Shown: in pieces, positions 37,147 to 50,057 of the stretch
How positions within the stretch are numbered: position 1 is the stretch's first letter
Layout: the number at the start of each line of letters is the position of its first letter
Position numbers and translations under genes: made by a program
Notes under the pieces: model-generated
What the model saw: the letters and a program-made list of their open reading frames with translations, nothing else
What the model was told of the DNA's origin: nothing
The model's database searches: none
DNA from: Octopus sinensis
Taxonomy: Eukaryota
DNA length: 64,000 bases
Direction of reading: 5' to 3'
Assembly (NCBI RefSeq): GCF_006345805.1
Contig: NC_043014.1
Span: 52,328,001 to 52,392,000, forward strand

Positions 37147-40100
37147 TAAATATAAGGGTAGCAAGAAATTCTAGAAAAAATTCTCCGCTACCAGCGGTCC
37201 AGTGAGAGAGAAAAGATAGTCAAAGACTATATAATATAGTCTTTCAATTTCAGAATTACAACTATTAGCGGTTTGAGTTTGGCTGCTCTTTTTAGTGAGT
37301 CAAATGTCCTATTATGGCCATTCCTTATATTTTTGAATGTATATATATATGAGGATTACATTACAAGCGTTTTAGTTATGAACGTGCTGAGACGAGGGGA
37401 AACTGATGAGATTGCATTAAGTTGTTATAAACTTATTTAATTGACTATAGATAGTAAAATAGAATGGAAAAGAAACAAGTAGAAAGAGAGCAAGCAAAGA
37501 GTTTTTGGATAAAAGTTCTGAATAAATTAAGAAATAAAAAGTAATTTCATATATACACTAATCAACACTGAATACTATGACCGTGATCCAAAATTTATAA
37601 TAACCACACAAATAAAGTACTAATTATACATCGTGAAGGACATCTTTAAAACTTGTACATAATATACATTATACAAATTACAAAAAATGAAAGCTATGAA
37701 AATTATGCAATTGATGACAGCCTTATCGAAAATAAACAGAAATGTGTCGAAAGAAAACATGATCAATAATACTATACTACAATGGCAATGTCATTTAAAA
37801 ACTTATCTTTACCAAACTAGTATTTCTTAATGAATCCTATGGCGAACGCGAAAGATATAAGCTCCCAGATAACTCATGTAGCTACCATACAAGGCTTTAT
37901 CCTGATACTAATGTGCAAGGAATAAATGATGGTACTTCACTACAAAAAGCAATTTCATTGAGAGGAAATCATTTATAGGTGTATTCGAAGGAAATTCCCT
38001 ACAAAAGAAATGAAATATATAATAGAGCATAGGAGGTTCGCACGCAAAACAGTGCAAATAAAATGAAAAATACGACATATACTGCTCACAAATAAACGGT
38101 TGGGTTTACATATCATTTGGTATTGCCTACAATAAATACTTTCCCATTAAGATAGAATGTACAAATATCACTTCATCTGGAAGATGAGACAAAGAAGAAC
38201 TATTAATGGTTGCTGATTAATTTTGGAACATTTATTTTGCAAACAAAGGAACACTTAGAAAATTATTAAAAACAACTTCACTACATATGGTTGGGCAGGC
38301 ATTACATTCACACGTAGATACAAATTTTTATTACACACGCGTTATTCTATGCCACGTATTGTATAAAAACCGAAGCTACTTGTCAGAAAATTAGAGAGCA
38401 GCCAGAGGATACTCTTTCAAATGAATCCGCAAACAAATGTGCTTCATTGGCATTCCATAGAAATATGAAAGTTATTTTCTGAATATGAAAGTTAAAGCAG
38501 GATGAGAACGAAAAACAATGCAATGGAAATTACAATTGTTAGAAGAATTAACAAGATCTTACCTTAAGGGATGAAATAAAATTTCATTCACAATGAGAAA
38601 GATAGCATTCAAATTATGGATATGTTTCAACAAAGATTCAAATAGTTGAAACAAAATAATGCTATTAAATTGTACTCAAAAAGGGTTTCCTAGTAATTAA
38701 GCAAAAATTATATAATTTTCCAATCGCTCGGACAAAGAAGTTATTTAACATTTTGTGAAACATTTTTGAAGTAGGAAAAACACAAAAACCTTCACTACAA
38801 ATGCTATGAAAACTGTTACAGAAGAATTTCCTGGTAATTAGAGAAATCTATTTAATTAGTCAGTCCTTCTAAACGAAATATGCCGAGTAAGAAAAACTGA
38901 AATAATTCACTGGATAAAGCAAAATGAAACTTAATAATTTTCGATTAACGCAGATGCAGATGTATGATTTAAACATGTGCTCAGCTGTCATTTGATTGAG
39001 ATCGTTGCACGTTCGATACATGTGCGTGAAATATAGACTGAGTGCCGTTCTACAGTAACATTCGCTTCATCCAAGAATTTGCAATGAAAAAGGTTGGAGA
39101 GAAAGTGAAATTTCCTTGGAGGAACAGCAAGTTGTCTGTTAAAATAATTGTCACTTGACCGCAAGAAATAAAGCTTTCAATGTCATTCGGACGAGTCATG
39201 CATGCTAACCTGATTTCCGTCTGACTACGCGAAAACATTGCAACACAGAGAGCTATGCTAAAGGAGAATGGTAAATAAAGATCTAAAATGAAATAAACAA
39301 CTAATATATATATATATACTTAATTTTAATTCTGCATAAGATTTATATTTCATGAATAATCACATTATTTTATGCTTTTAAAATTCCATACTTATGTTTT
39401 ATACACTTGGCATTCGCTTTGGGCATGTCTCTTCAACAGGATCCCTAGCCTCGTGTGACTTAAAATGGCCATTACAGTATAAAGAGTATAACACGTTCAT
39501 AGAAGATGGGCATATATTTTTATGCCAGTAATTTTTTTATACTAAGATTTTTGATGCTGGTACATTCGTTGGGTGACTTAGGATGACTTACCTTTCACCA
39601 ATAAGCGCATCATTGTTCATAGTAATTGTAGAAAAATTGTACCATTTGGTATTATGGCCAAGAATTACAGTTCTTCGATACAAGTTTACCAAACACATAC
39701 ACCTTATTATCTGCCTTTATCTCTGTGAAACTAGAAGCAATTTCCTTGTTTCAAAATTGATAACTAAGTTGTTTTTTTTTCCGCTCCAAATAGTGATAAT
39801 GTGTGAATTGAAATAATATTGATAAAGAAAACCTGATTCCTGGAATACTGTATAATCAGAGAAAATATTCAGTTATGATAATGAATAAAATAATCGACTT
39901 TTGTTGACGACCAGCTACTATAAAGCTTTGATTTCGATGAAGGTTTCTTTAATTGTTGTGAAAGTTTGAGAAAAGAAAACAAACAATGGGTCTCGCTGAC
40001 AAGTTTGTATTTAATTCAGTTTATCGAGCTTTATGCTTTTCCAAATGATTGAGTTGAATATCTAATAAAATATATTAAATCTCTTTATCATTTGGTAATA

Positions 40101-41123
40101 AGTAAGGAAGGGTTTGAACAATTATTTAAACATATTAGATCCATTTATCGTTTGTATTCAGATAACATATAAAGGCTTTATTTTTCATCAAGGAAAACTC
40201 ACTTTTTTCGAAAGGAAACATTTTCAGTTTTGAATCCCTTTGAAGCGAGACCTCTTGATTCCCTTTGAAGTGCTACATAAGGATACAATCCATGACAAGC
40301 AGAATAATATTAGAGATATGGATCAATAGAGAAGCATAATTTATGATTAATTATAATAGGTTTCAGTAAAATATAAATGATCAAAACATAGAAAATGATA
40401 TTTTAATATTACATTTAATAATTCTTCATCGTAAGATCCTATCAGCCATTAAGACAGAAATATTAAATTTAGTTTTATCATTAATTCGTCATTTAATTAT
40501 ATTTCAAGTATCATCATTTCCGTTGTTCAACCACGACCTCTTCACCGATATTCAACTTCACTGCAATAAATCAAATCCCAGCTATAGAATGGCTACATTG
40601 CAATAATCTAGCAACACTATTAAAGAGCCCTAAAATCATAAAATGCTCATCTATTTATTCAACCATTACGATACTTCAAAAGTATGTAACCCAATAACAA
40701 GGAAAACCACGTTATGATTTCCGTTTATTTGCGTCGTACATTTTTTTTTTATCTTCATTACTCATCGTCGTCTTTCATTACTAGGGCAGGCTTTTAATTC
40801 ATAAAACCACGGCTAAGGATTCCCACAAATCCGCCTCATTGTCTTCAAAACGTAAAAGCCATTTACATAATGTCCTGTCTGGCGCTTCCTTTCTCTAGAC
40901 TCTATAAACTATGCTGAAGTACACATGTTGACTCTGTCGCTTATCTTTGTATATATTCTGATATATAGCCACTGTGTAAGTATCTATTTGTATGTGAATC
41001 AACACATGATAACAGCCACACTATTATCAATTAATCATTATTATTATTTCGATGAAAAAATATTACATATTCATAGCCTACTTTGGAATGCAGTAGCAGA
41101 TATACACAACTCTACTTCACCCA

Positions 41124-41553
41124 TCTCTCTCTATATAAACGGCAGTTTGTGTGTATGTGTGTCTGTCAGGTTGTACCCTCACCCTGACCACGGCTTTCAA
41201 CCGATTCTGATGAAACTTGACACACACATAGCCTAATGTCATAATTCAAAGCTAACGCAGCGAACATTTTGAAAAGTTCCCCAGTTCTGAGAAAAATTGA
41301 TAAATTCGACATGGGGTCGAGAATCTAAGCTTTTTATATGCAACACATTTTCTGTCTCGGGGACACAACTCGACCTTTTTATCGTCCAAAGGGACAGCTA
41401 GGAACATCGTATACACAGAAGTATTCGAGTGAAGAGAAGACATTGCAACCTACACATGCGCCTTCGTCCCCTAGGGGGAAGGACTAGATTGGGATTAGTC
41501 GTTGCCTACTAGGGGCTCTCACATACCCGGGCAACGCCGGGCTATGCTGCTAG
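41124..41553 (+). mobile_element. Non-autonomous Helitron (second family)
   Basis: 5' TC(tctctctatataaacggcag), 3' hairpin cccgg-gcaacg-ccggg then ctatgctgCTAG; A|T insertion site. Confidence 0.87.
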
Positions 41554-42194
41554 TTTTATAATAAATTCCGGTCCCGTGATCGTCTAAATATGTGTAGAAA
41601 TTAAATCCGTATAAGAAATTTGAATCCAGAGCAGACATGCATTGTTATTTTATTTATTGAATTTTAAAGCACATCATTTAGACCTCATTGGGACTCGAAC
41701 TCAGACAGCTTAAACCTAAACAATCAGAGCTAAAATCTCATCAACAAACAGAGCATCAGATTGTATTTAGGGCGGGAATTATAACCAGTTTGTTACAATT
41801 TCAGATAAAATAGAAATAGAAGAACGGTGGGTATTTTTATGGTGGGATTTCTATTTCAATTAAAATCTTAAATGTTAAGTCATAATTGGATACATGTGTC
41901 TAGAGAGAGAACGCTAAACATTTGGAGAATAGCTGATGCTTGTTACCTCAAATGACTGAAGAATAACTGTGTGGATAAATGTGAACTGTTAAGAAACCCG
42001 CATCATATTGTTGATCAGGTAAACTGATAAAGTTTGCTTCCAGAGTCCATGTGAATTCTGTTAAGTAGGTCCATGTGTTTAAGTAGAGTAATCAAAGTTA
42101 AATCGTCAAGAACAGACTGAATGTAGTATTTTACTTCCCTTTTATTATTGGATTGGGTGTGTCATTACGCCAGGAATATCACCACACGTAGGGC

Positions 42195-42592
42195 GGCGGC
42201 GAGTTGGCAGAAACGTTAGCACGCCGAGCGAAATGCGTAGCTGTATTTCGTCTGCGGTTACGTTCTGAGTTCAAATTCCGCCGAGGTCGACTTTGTCTTT
42301 CATCCTTTCGGGGTCGATAAATTAAGTACCAGTTCCACACTGGGGTCGATATAATCGACTTAATCCGTCTGTCTGTCATTGTTTGTCCCTCTGTGTTTAG
42401 CCCCTTGTGGGTAGTAAAGAAATAGGTATTTCGTCTGCCTTTACGTTCCGTGTTTAAATTCTGCCGATGTCGGCTTTGCCTTTCATCATTTCGGGGTCGA
42501 AAATTTAAGTACCAGTTGTGTACTGGTTTCGATCTAATCGGCTGGCCCGCTCCCCTAAAATATCGGGCCTTGTGCCAAGATTAGAAAAGAAT
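42195..42592 (+). mobile_element. SINE family B dimer (full monomer plus headless second monomer with a different tail)
   Basis: The first unit ends agtaaagaaatagg and runs directly into tatttcgtctgcctttacgttc...tttcatcatttcggggtcg...ccttgtgccaagattagaaaagaat. Confidence 0.88.
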
Positions 42593-42802
42593 AATACCAC
42601 AAATGCACTGATTCAATAACACATCATTATTGTTAATCAAATTGGTGAAATATCTATCTCAACAACAATTAAAGTGCTGGTTAAGCAATAAATAGGTTGT
42701 TTGTCAAACTCCTTCAACTGCCAAGTTTTATTTATTGTTTTATTATTTTTATTGCTATTTATTTATTTATTAAGTTTTATTTGTTTATTTTTGATATAAA
42801 TT

Positions 42803-43207
42803 GGCGCAGGAGTGGCTGTGTGGTAAGTAGCTTGTCTACCAACCACATGGTTCCGGGTTCAGTCCCACTGCGTGGCACCTTGGGCAAGTGTCTTCTACTA
42901 TAGCCTCGGGCCGACCAAAGCCTTGTGAGTGGATTTGGTAGACGGAAACTGAAAGAAGCCTGTCGTATATATATGTATATATATATATATATATGCGTGT
43001 GTGTGTTTGTGTTTGTCCCCCAACATTGCTTGACAACCGATGCTGGTGTGTTTATGTCCCCATTACTTAGCGGTTCGGCAAAAGAGACCGATATAATAAG
43101 TACTGGGCTTACACAAGAATAAGTCCCGGGGTCGAGTTGCTTGATTAAAGGCGGTGCTCCATCATGACCGCAGTCAAATGACTGAAACAAGTAAAAGAGT
43201 AAAAGAG
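42803..43207 (+). mobile_element. SINE family A, full length
   Basis: Canonical head, internal (TA)n(TG)n, tail ending (gtaaaaga)2. Confidence 0.93.
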
Positions 43208-43394
43208 ATATAAGAAATTACTGGTTTGTTCTTCAGTTTTACATCGAGCTACAAATTATTTACATTTTGGTTTAACCAGCTAGAAATAGTAAATAAATAT
43301 CTCTGAAATATTGCGCTATTCGTCTGAAAAGGAAATATTTCGGATAATATAGTGATATGTTCATCGTCCATAGTACAAAAAACTGAGGTTACTG

Positions 43395-43727
43395 AGACCC
43401 ACCTCGGGCATGGCTGACCGTGAGATTGCACCTGGAAAGTTACCCTCCCAGGCACAAGTCCGGGCAAGGTTGTTTATGGAAGACCAGCAGTCGCCCATGC
43501 ATACCGGCCTCCCCTCTCCACGCCACCAGTGTTATCCAAGGGAAAGACAAAGGTTGATACAGCTTGGCACCAGTGATGTCGCAACTCATTTCTACAGCTG
43601 AGTTAACTGGAGCAACATGAAATAAAGTGTCTTGCTCAAGAACACAACACGCAGCCCGGTCCGGGATTCGATCTCACGACCTCACGATCGTAAGCTCGAC
43701 GCTCTAACCACTGAGCCATGCGCCTTG
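43395..43727 (-). mobile_element. SINE family D, full length
   Basis: Colinear with 36817-37146; the head reads aaggcgcatggctcagtggttagagcg on the minus strand. Confidence 0.9.
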
Positions 43728-45069
43728 AAACAACAAAAACAGCAGATGTGATGACCTCGATCGAAATGCATTTGATCACATTTTAACTCAACGACAAACA
43801 TTCCGTTCTCGGAAAAAGAGGAGGACTGTAAACGATGGATCGAATCGTTACGAATTAACAGCCAAATACCACTCATACTACATTAAGGAAGGAAAGATCC
43901 CATTAAGTAAATCAGAGTTCTTGATAACCTTAAAAGGGACACGGAGGTTACTCTTTAAAATTACATCTCTGACAGTGACTTCTTGGGGCTAAACGATAAG
44001 TACAGCTTCACGATGTAACTTCATTGAAGCAATAATTTACTTTGTAACTTAACTACGACTTTTAATGTACAATGATTTGAACGAAATATCCAAAAGAATA
44101 CGCTGAGAAGAAAAAGACACACAGCGATGTACATTCCGTTTGGTTTTTTCAGCGCTGAACGTAAAGCAAACTGTCATTTGATGACATGGAAGTGAAAAAT
44201 CCTTTCAAATTATCTAGTGCGCGATACCGCTGAATATAATAATTAATTAATTGCCTTTGAGGAAATGTTTCTTGCGTTCTGGTGACTTTTACCAAAGATT
44301 GCTTCATTTATTTTCACTAGCAGCAGCAGCAATGGCTGGAGTAATTACTTTGATGCTGTGTTGCATTTTACTTTCCGTCAACTACAGGAATCAGGAACTT
44401 TATATTTCAATGCATCAGTTTTACATAGAATCTTCCCTAAACTTTAAAATTCTCTTCTTTTCATTCTCTTTCTTTTCCCATCGTATAACAGAAATGTCTC
44501 TATATTATAATAACTACATTTCTATGAAACAAAATAAATTTTCAGCCTCAATAGTACTTTCTAAATTTATCGAAGCACCACATATTAACTGAAAGCTAGA
44601 AGGCGTGTAATCGTCTAAAGAGACTACAGAATTTGACTAATTGGAACTGTATTATATGGAGCCAAGAATCAAGAAAGGTAAATTAGAAATTAGATTTTCA
44701 ATCAGAATCTGAAAGAAGATAAATACAATTTTTCCATCAATAACGTTACCGATTGTCTAACGTCTAACTTTATGAACATCAATGTTGCTAAAAAATTTCT
44801 GTATGATATTAGCAACTAAATATCGCACCCGATACCTATAACGAAATGGTTGAGATATATCAATAAATGTAACCTGGCAAAGCCCGATGGAATATGCGCC
44901 AAATTGTTACGATGAGAGCTTTGAATTAAAAGATGGAAGGAAATATTGTAGGTTGAAGAAAATAAAAACAAAATTATTTATACCGAGCTTCATAATGCAT
45001 TTGGCATATTACTAACGTAAAGCATGTGATATATGTATGTATGTACATATATATATATATATATATATA

Positions 45070-45250
45070 GGGGAGAGTTTACGAAAAAAAAACAAAAGAC
45101 GAAGACAGGTGTTGTACAAAGCAAACAGATGTATTAGTATAACGCTCAGGAATAGAAAAAGTCTTTTACGTTTCGAGCCTACGCTTTTCTGCTGAAAGGG
45201 ACACAGAAAAAACAAGGAGAGAAAAAAGGAGACAAAAAAAGGAGAGAATA
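45070..45250 (-). mobile_element. Short (TA)n-flanked repeat with a decayed hammerhead-like motif (45163-45198)
   Basis: Minus strand: CUUU-cagcaga-aa-AGC-guag-GCU-c-GAAA-CG-UA-AAAG. Helix I, helix II and GAAA are retained but the first core box is non-canonical; related truncated copy at ~26990-27120. Confidence 0.45.
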
Positions 45251-45696
45251 TATATATATATATAAACCCTGTGCATTCCACTTCTCCCCATTGCCTAATA
45301 GGATATCTATAGCAGTGCAAAGGGTTTGGGGTTAAATTATTCCTATCAGTGATTTAGTATTCGTTTCCATGAGAGTAATCAAGCTCTCCCCAACTTCAAG
45401 TCGGTAATAATTGCAACTAATAACAAAGGGATCTGAGACAACCGCATGAAAGGTTATGCTGTCGGCAACTGAACTGGCTCCACCATAACACTTGGAGAAA
45501 TACTTCAAGAGAAACGACAGACTAGTCATAACGATGTCTGAGGATAATGTGATATTATCTGGGATTAAAGGCGGATATACAGAAACACAAGGGTCGGGGA
45601 AAGAGCATCAAGCTACAAACTGATATCGGAGTGATGAACACCTATATATGCATACATATGTGGTGGGAGGGGCATGCGTGCGTGTATGTGAGTGTA

Positions 45697-45730
<34 letters not shown>

Positions 45731-45926
45731 ATTCTTTTACTTGTGCCCTTGCTGGAGCACCACCTTTAGTCGAACACATCGATACCAGGACTTATTCTAT
45801 GTGAGCCTAATACTTAGTCTATCGTTCACATTTGTCGAACCGCTAAGATACAGTGACCTGAACACACGAACATCGGTTGCCAAGTGATGGTGGGGGGACA
45901 AACGCAGACACACACATCTATATATA

Positions 45927-45962
<36 letters not shown>

Positions 45963-45986
45963 CATCTATATATATATATACACACA

Positions 45987-46026
<40 letters not shown>

Positions 46027-46183
46027 GTAGTGGGTGTGTGGTAAGTAGCTTGCTTACCAACCAAATAGCTCTGGGTTCAGTCCCACTGCGTGGGACCTTG
46101 GGCAAGTGTTTTCTGCTATAATCTCGGGTCGACCAAAGCCTTGTGAGTGGATTAGGCAGACGGAAACTGAAAGAAGCCCGTCG
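45731..46183. mobile_element. SINE family A halves in opposite orientations (tail on -, 45731-45912; head on +, 46028-46183)
   Basis: Reverse-complement tail, then (TA)n, then forward head, then (TA)n. Confidence 0.85.
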
Positions 46184-46243
<60 letters not shown>

Positions 46244-46847
46244 AGTACAGAGAGATATAGCAGAGTGACGCTGTAGCAGAATGGTGCTATGCTAAGAGAA
46301 GTAACGCTTATCTAGGAGGAGGTTATACTTGGTGGGTGGGGTTAGCGATATATCGATGGAGAAACCAAGGGCAAAGAGTGAAAGATGGTAGAATTGAGAA
46401 ATGAGGAGAAAACCGTGGAGCTTTGAAAAAATTTAAAATTGCGAACTTAAAAATTGAAAAATGGAAAACGAAAACAGAAAAATATTTTAAAAACTATGTG
46501 AAAAAAAAATTTAATTAGTAAATGAAATGAAAATATGCTGAAAAACTCAGGTATAAATATGAATATATTTATATGAACAGCGAACAGGTGTTGAAAATTC
46601 CTCGTTTGAGAAAATCCAGGATAATTTTTTTTGCCTCGAATTTTCGAAGATCAAAGGTTTCGAATGTTTAAAAGGTCTACCGGTTTGAGTGAGTAAGTAT
46701 ATGAGAGTGAGAGAGATACAACGATAGATCGAGAGGCAAAAACAGAGAAAGAGGACGATAAGAGGTACAAAAATTATACGTTAAGATGTTTAGCAGTTTA
46801 TGAGATGCAGATGATAAATAGATAGATAGATACATAAAAATGTATGA

Positions 46848-46878
<31 letters not shown>

Positions 46879-47110
46879 ATCAAAATAAGCAACAAGAATG
46901 ACTCCGGTAATCTGGTGCGATCGTTTCGTACTACATCATTTTATTAAATGTTGTAAGTATTACAACAGCTTTAAAATGCTGGGTACTCATATATATATAT
47001 ATATATATATATTGATTAAAGCGGTAAGATAACAAAAGAAAGAGATCTCGATAATATGTAAATAGAGGAATTTATCTCTAAATATAGTATGTAGCAATAT
47101 TAGGTAGCCA

Positions 47111-47173
47111 AGATAAAACTCCGAGTTTCGGATGCCGAGGCGGAAATACACGCCACCATCTCTCCAGTTATCT
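47111..47173 (-). ncRNA. Type I hammerhead motif with core substitution, in a (TA)n-flanked element (~47012-47200)
   Basis: AGAUAA-CUGGAGA-GAUG-guGGCG-uguauuuc-CGCC-ucgg-CAUC-c-GAAA-CUCGGAG-UU-UUAUCU: perfect 6-bp helix I, two-part helix II, quasi-palindromic ACUC(G)GAGU helix III; A6 reads G. Confidence 0.65.
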
Positions 47174-48280
47174 AGCCATCGGAAAAATGCTATGAAACAT
47201 TATATATATATCATGTTATATATGTGTGTATGTGTGTGTATATTTATATGTGTGTGCTGTGTGTGTGCACAAACAAATAAATGAAACAATTATTTACTGC
47301 ATTTACCGTTTCGTCATAATTAATTTGATTTTACACCAACACTAACAATCTTTCTTGAAGTAATCTCTTCTGCTGTCTTTTCTGCGACTCATAAATTTAT
47401 TTCACCACTGTTTATAAATATTTTTATCTCCAGAAATTCTGTTGAGAACATCCTGGTTATCATCCACACTAAAATATATTTACCAACAGAGTAAATCGTA
47501 ATATCTTACCTTCGAGATAAGTCGAATTACCTTCGCTATCTCCATGAAAATTTCTATTGAAATATATACGTTGCATTAAATAGATAAACATACGAAAATC
47601 TTTTTCTAGAATTTATTCTGTGCTTTGATGTATTTTAAGGGTTGTGATTTTTGTTGTTTTTGTTATTACTTGAAACTCATCAAAATTCGTTTCGTAACGG
47701 TTATGCTATTCAATTATTCAAAGACTTATCTGGTTTTATGCGAAACAGAATGCGAACAAAACAGCGCTAATTGCGTTATTTCCTGTTATCAATCATCGTT
47801 GCTTTGAAAATGTACACAAGATCTCAGACTTAACTTACAAAAATCAACTGAAACAATAAATTGGCTAAATATATGAATTGTTCTTGCAATTCGTAAGAAT
47901 TCCTGATTTCAGATACGATAGTATGGCGTAGCGAAATAGAAAATTTGATGTTGGAGATTGACCTTTCGTCTGATAAATAGAAAAGTAGTTTTTCAAATGG
48001 GTATTCTCAAACAAAAAGGTCAAAACCAATACGTCTTGTTTGTCTTCATATCATGGAATATAAACTTCTACGAAGAACTATACCTAATCATTCTTCTTTG
48101 TGGCAGCCACCGTCAGTTTCAATGAATTCCGATTAGTTTTAAGAAATGTCTAAGAGATAAATATAAATCATTTAAACGTCATTTTAAACAGCGTTTAAAA
48201 ATAAATATGTCAGAGAATTTCCCATATCAAACTTTGTAAGATAGTATGACGATCATATAAAAATACTTTTTCTACGATAT

Positions 48281-48676
48281 ACTCTACTCTTTTACTCTTT
48301 TACATGTTTCAGTCATTTGGCTGCGGCCATGCTGGTGCACCGCCTTTAGTCGAGAAAATCGACCCCGGGACTTATTCTTTGTAAGCACAGTACTTATTCG
48401 ATCGGTCTCTTTTGCCGAACAGCTAAGTGACGGGGACGTGAACACACCAGTATCGGTTGTCAAGCAATGCTAGGAGTACAAACACAGACACACAAACACA
48501 TACATACATATACGACGGGCTTCTTTCAGTTTCCGTCTACCAAATCCACTCACTAGGCATTGATCGGCCCGGGGCTATAGCAGAAGACACTTGCCCAAGA
48601 TGCCACGCAGTGGGACTGAACCCGGAACCATGTGGTTGGTTAGAAAGCTACTTACCACACAGCCACTCCTGCGTCT
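48281..48676 (-). mobile_element. SINE family A, full length
   Basis: Reverse complement of canonical family A. Confidence 0.93.
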
Positions 48677-48852
48677 ATGAGTAAAAAGTTTGTGAAACTG
48701 TTGCATTATGAGAAATATCATTGCTCATCTCGCGAACATAACACCAGAACGTAAATAGAGTGTAAATATCAAATGATATTACAAATATAATTTAGCCATT
48801 ACTTTGTCCAAATCATATTGAGGAGTAACTTGCGAATTTTGAAAGCAATATT

Positions 48853-49010
48853 GTTAGTTAGTTAGTTAATTTTTTGGCTCAAAAAAGTAAAAAGCAAGGC
48901 CATGTAGGGGGACATGGAGTTATGTACAGGGTGGTGTTCATGTAAAGAGTTCGGGCCACTTGAGGTCAAGGGAGACTTTGAACCGAGCCGTCGTCGGCAT
49001 CTTCACCATA
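48853..49010 (-). mobile_element. Probable LINE 3' terminus with (AACT)n tail
   Basis: GC-richer segment ending on the minus strand with ccatgtccccctacatggccttgc...gagccaaaaaatt(aact)4: terminal hairpin (ccatgt/acatgg) plus tandem tail. Clade not determined. Confidence 0.45.
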
Positions 49011-50019
49011 TTCACCAATATTGTGCATGCATTACTCACAGTAGTAAATATTACATGTCAAACATATTCACTGCTTCTGTGAGTAATGTAGGTCGTGGTT
49101 GACGGCGTTGTTTGAGAGTTTAATAGGAAAGTTTGGAACGATCAGCTTAGGAGACAATTTTACTGTTTTATAACATACAGGAGTAAAGGTCTGGGTAACT
49201 TAACTGTCTCTTATTGTGCATTCAAGTTAATGGTTTAGGGTTAGAAAGAAGGAAAAAGAAAGAGTCTAGTCTGTGCATAAGAAAAGAAAGAGTCTAGTGT
49301 GTGGCAATCTTCAATGAGGCTTCTGCCGTAAAATACCATAGCCAGATGAAAGTTTAGATATGAGCTTTTTCTGTCGTTCACAAACGTTTTTACACAGAAA
49401 GGAAGTTTCACTGTAACCCTTAGGTAACAATAGGCACAAAATGTATTGAAATTTCAAGTTTTGGAGAAAGTGGTCGTTAACCTTACTACTGCAAGAGAAA
49501 GCAGAATATCCTTGTGCATGTGTGTTTAGGCATAGTGTCAAATCTATCCCAAATGTGTAGATAAAACCAATGCAGAATCCCGTAGAATGCTCGACACAAA
49601 CGTCACAATATTGGATTTAACTGGATTACTGGTTAAATACCTATACACTCTGTGCTGTTAAAACTTTGTTACAAGCAACTGGTGTATCTCAGTACCCGAG
49701 TTAAATTTAACTTATCCCAACCAGGGGCCCTACAGAAAGAGACAGTGATGCTTTCTTAGTTCCTCTATGTCGTATAATGTACAGTAACTCTGTTTGCAGT
49801 GAAGACGTTCATCTTTATTTCACTCCTTCTTACACAACTCACAACTACAAAAGAGTTGTATTGTTATTGACCAGAGTGCCAATACATTTAAGGGACGATT
49901 CCATAATCTAAGCTTCGATGCATCTTAGTAATTTCAGTTAATATTGAAACAGAAACGTAGCATGCCTCATTACCTTTTTTTTCCAATCAATAAACATGAA
50001 TTATTGATATATACATATA

Positions 50020-50057
<38 letters not shown>

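Noticed and set aside
39056-39158. FPWRNSKL as a kinesin motif exon
   Set aside because: Only a partial match; the following residues do not fit and the frame stops without a donor site.
43745-43992. ~80-codon open frame containing RSRKKR
   Set aside because: No start codon or acceptor and no recognisable domain; compatible with chance.
49232-49244. ttagggttag as telomeric repeat
   Set aside because: Fewer than two full units.
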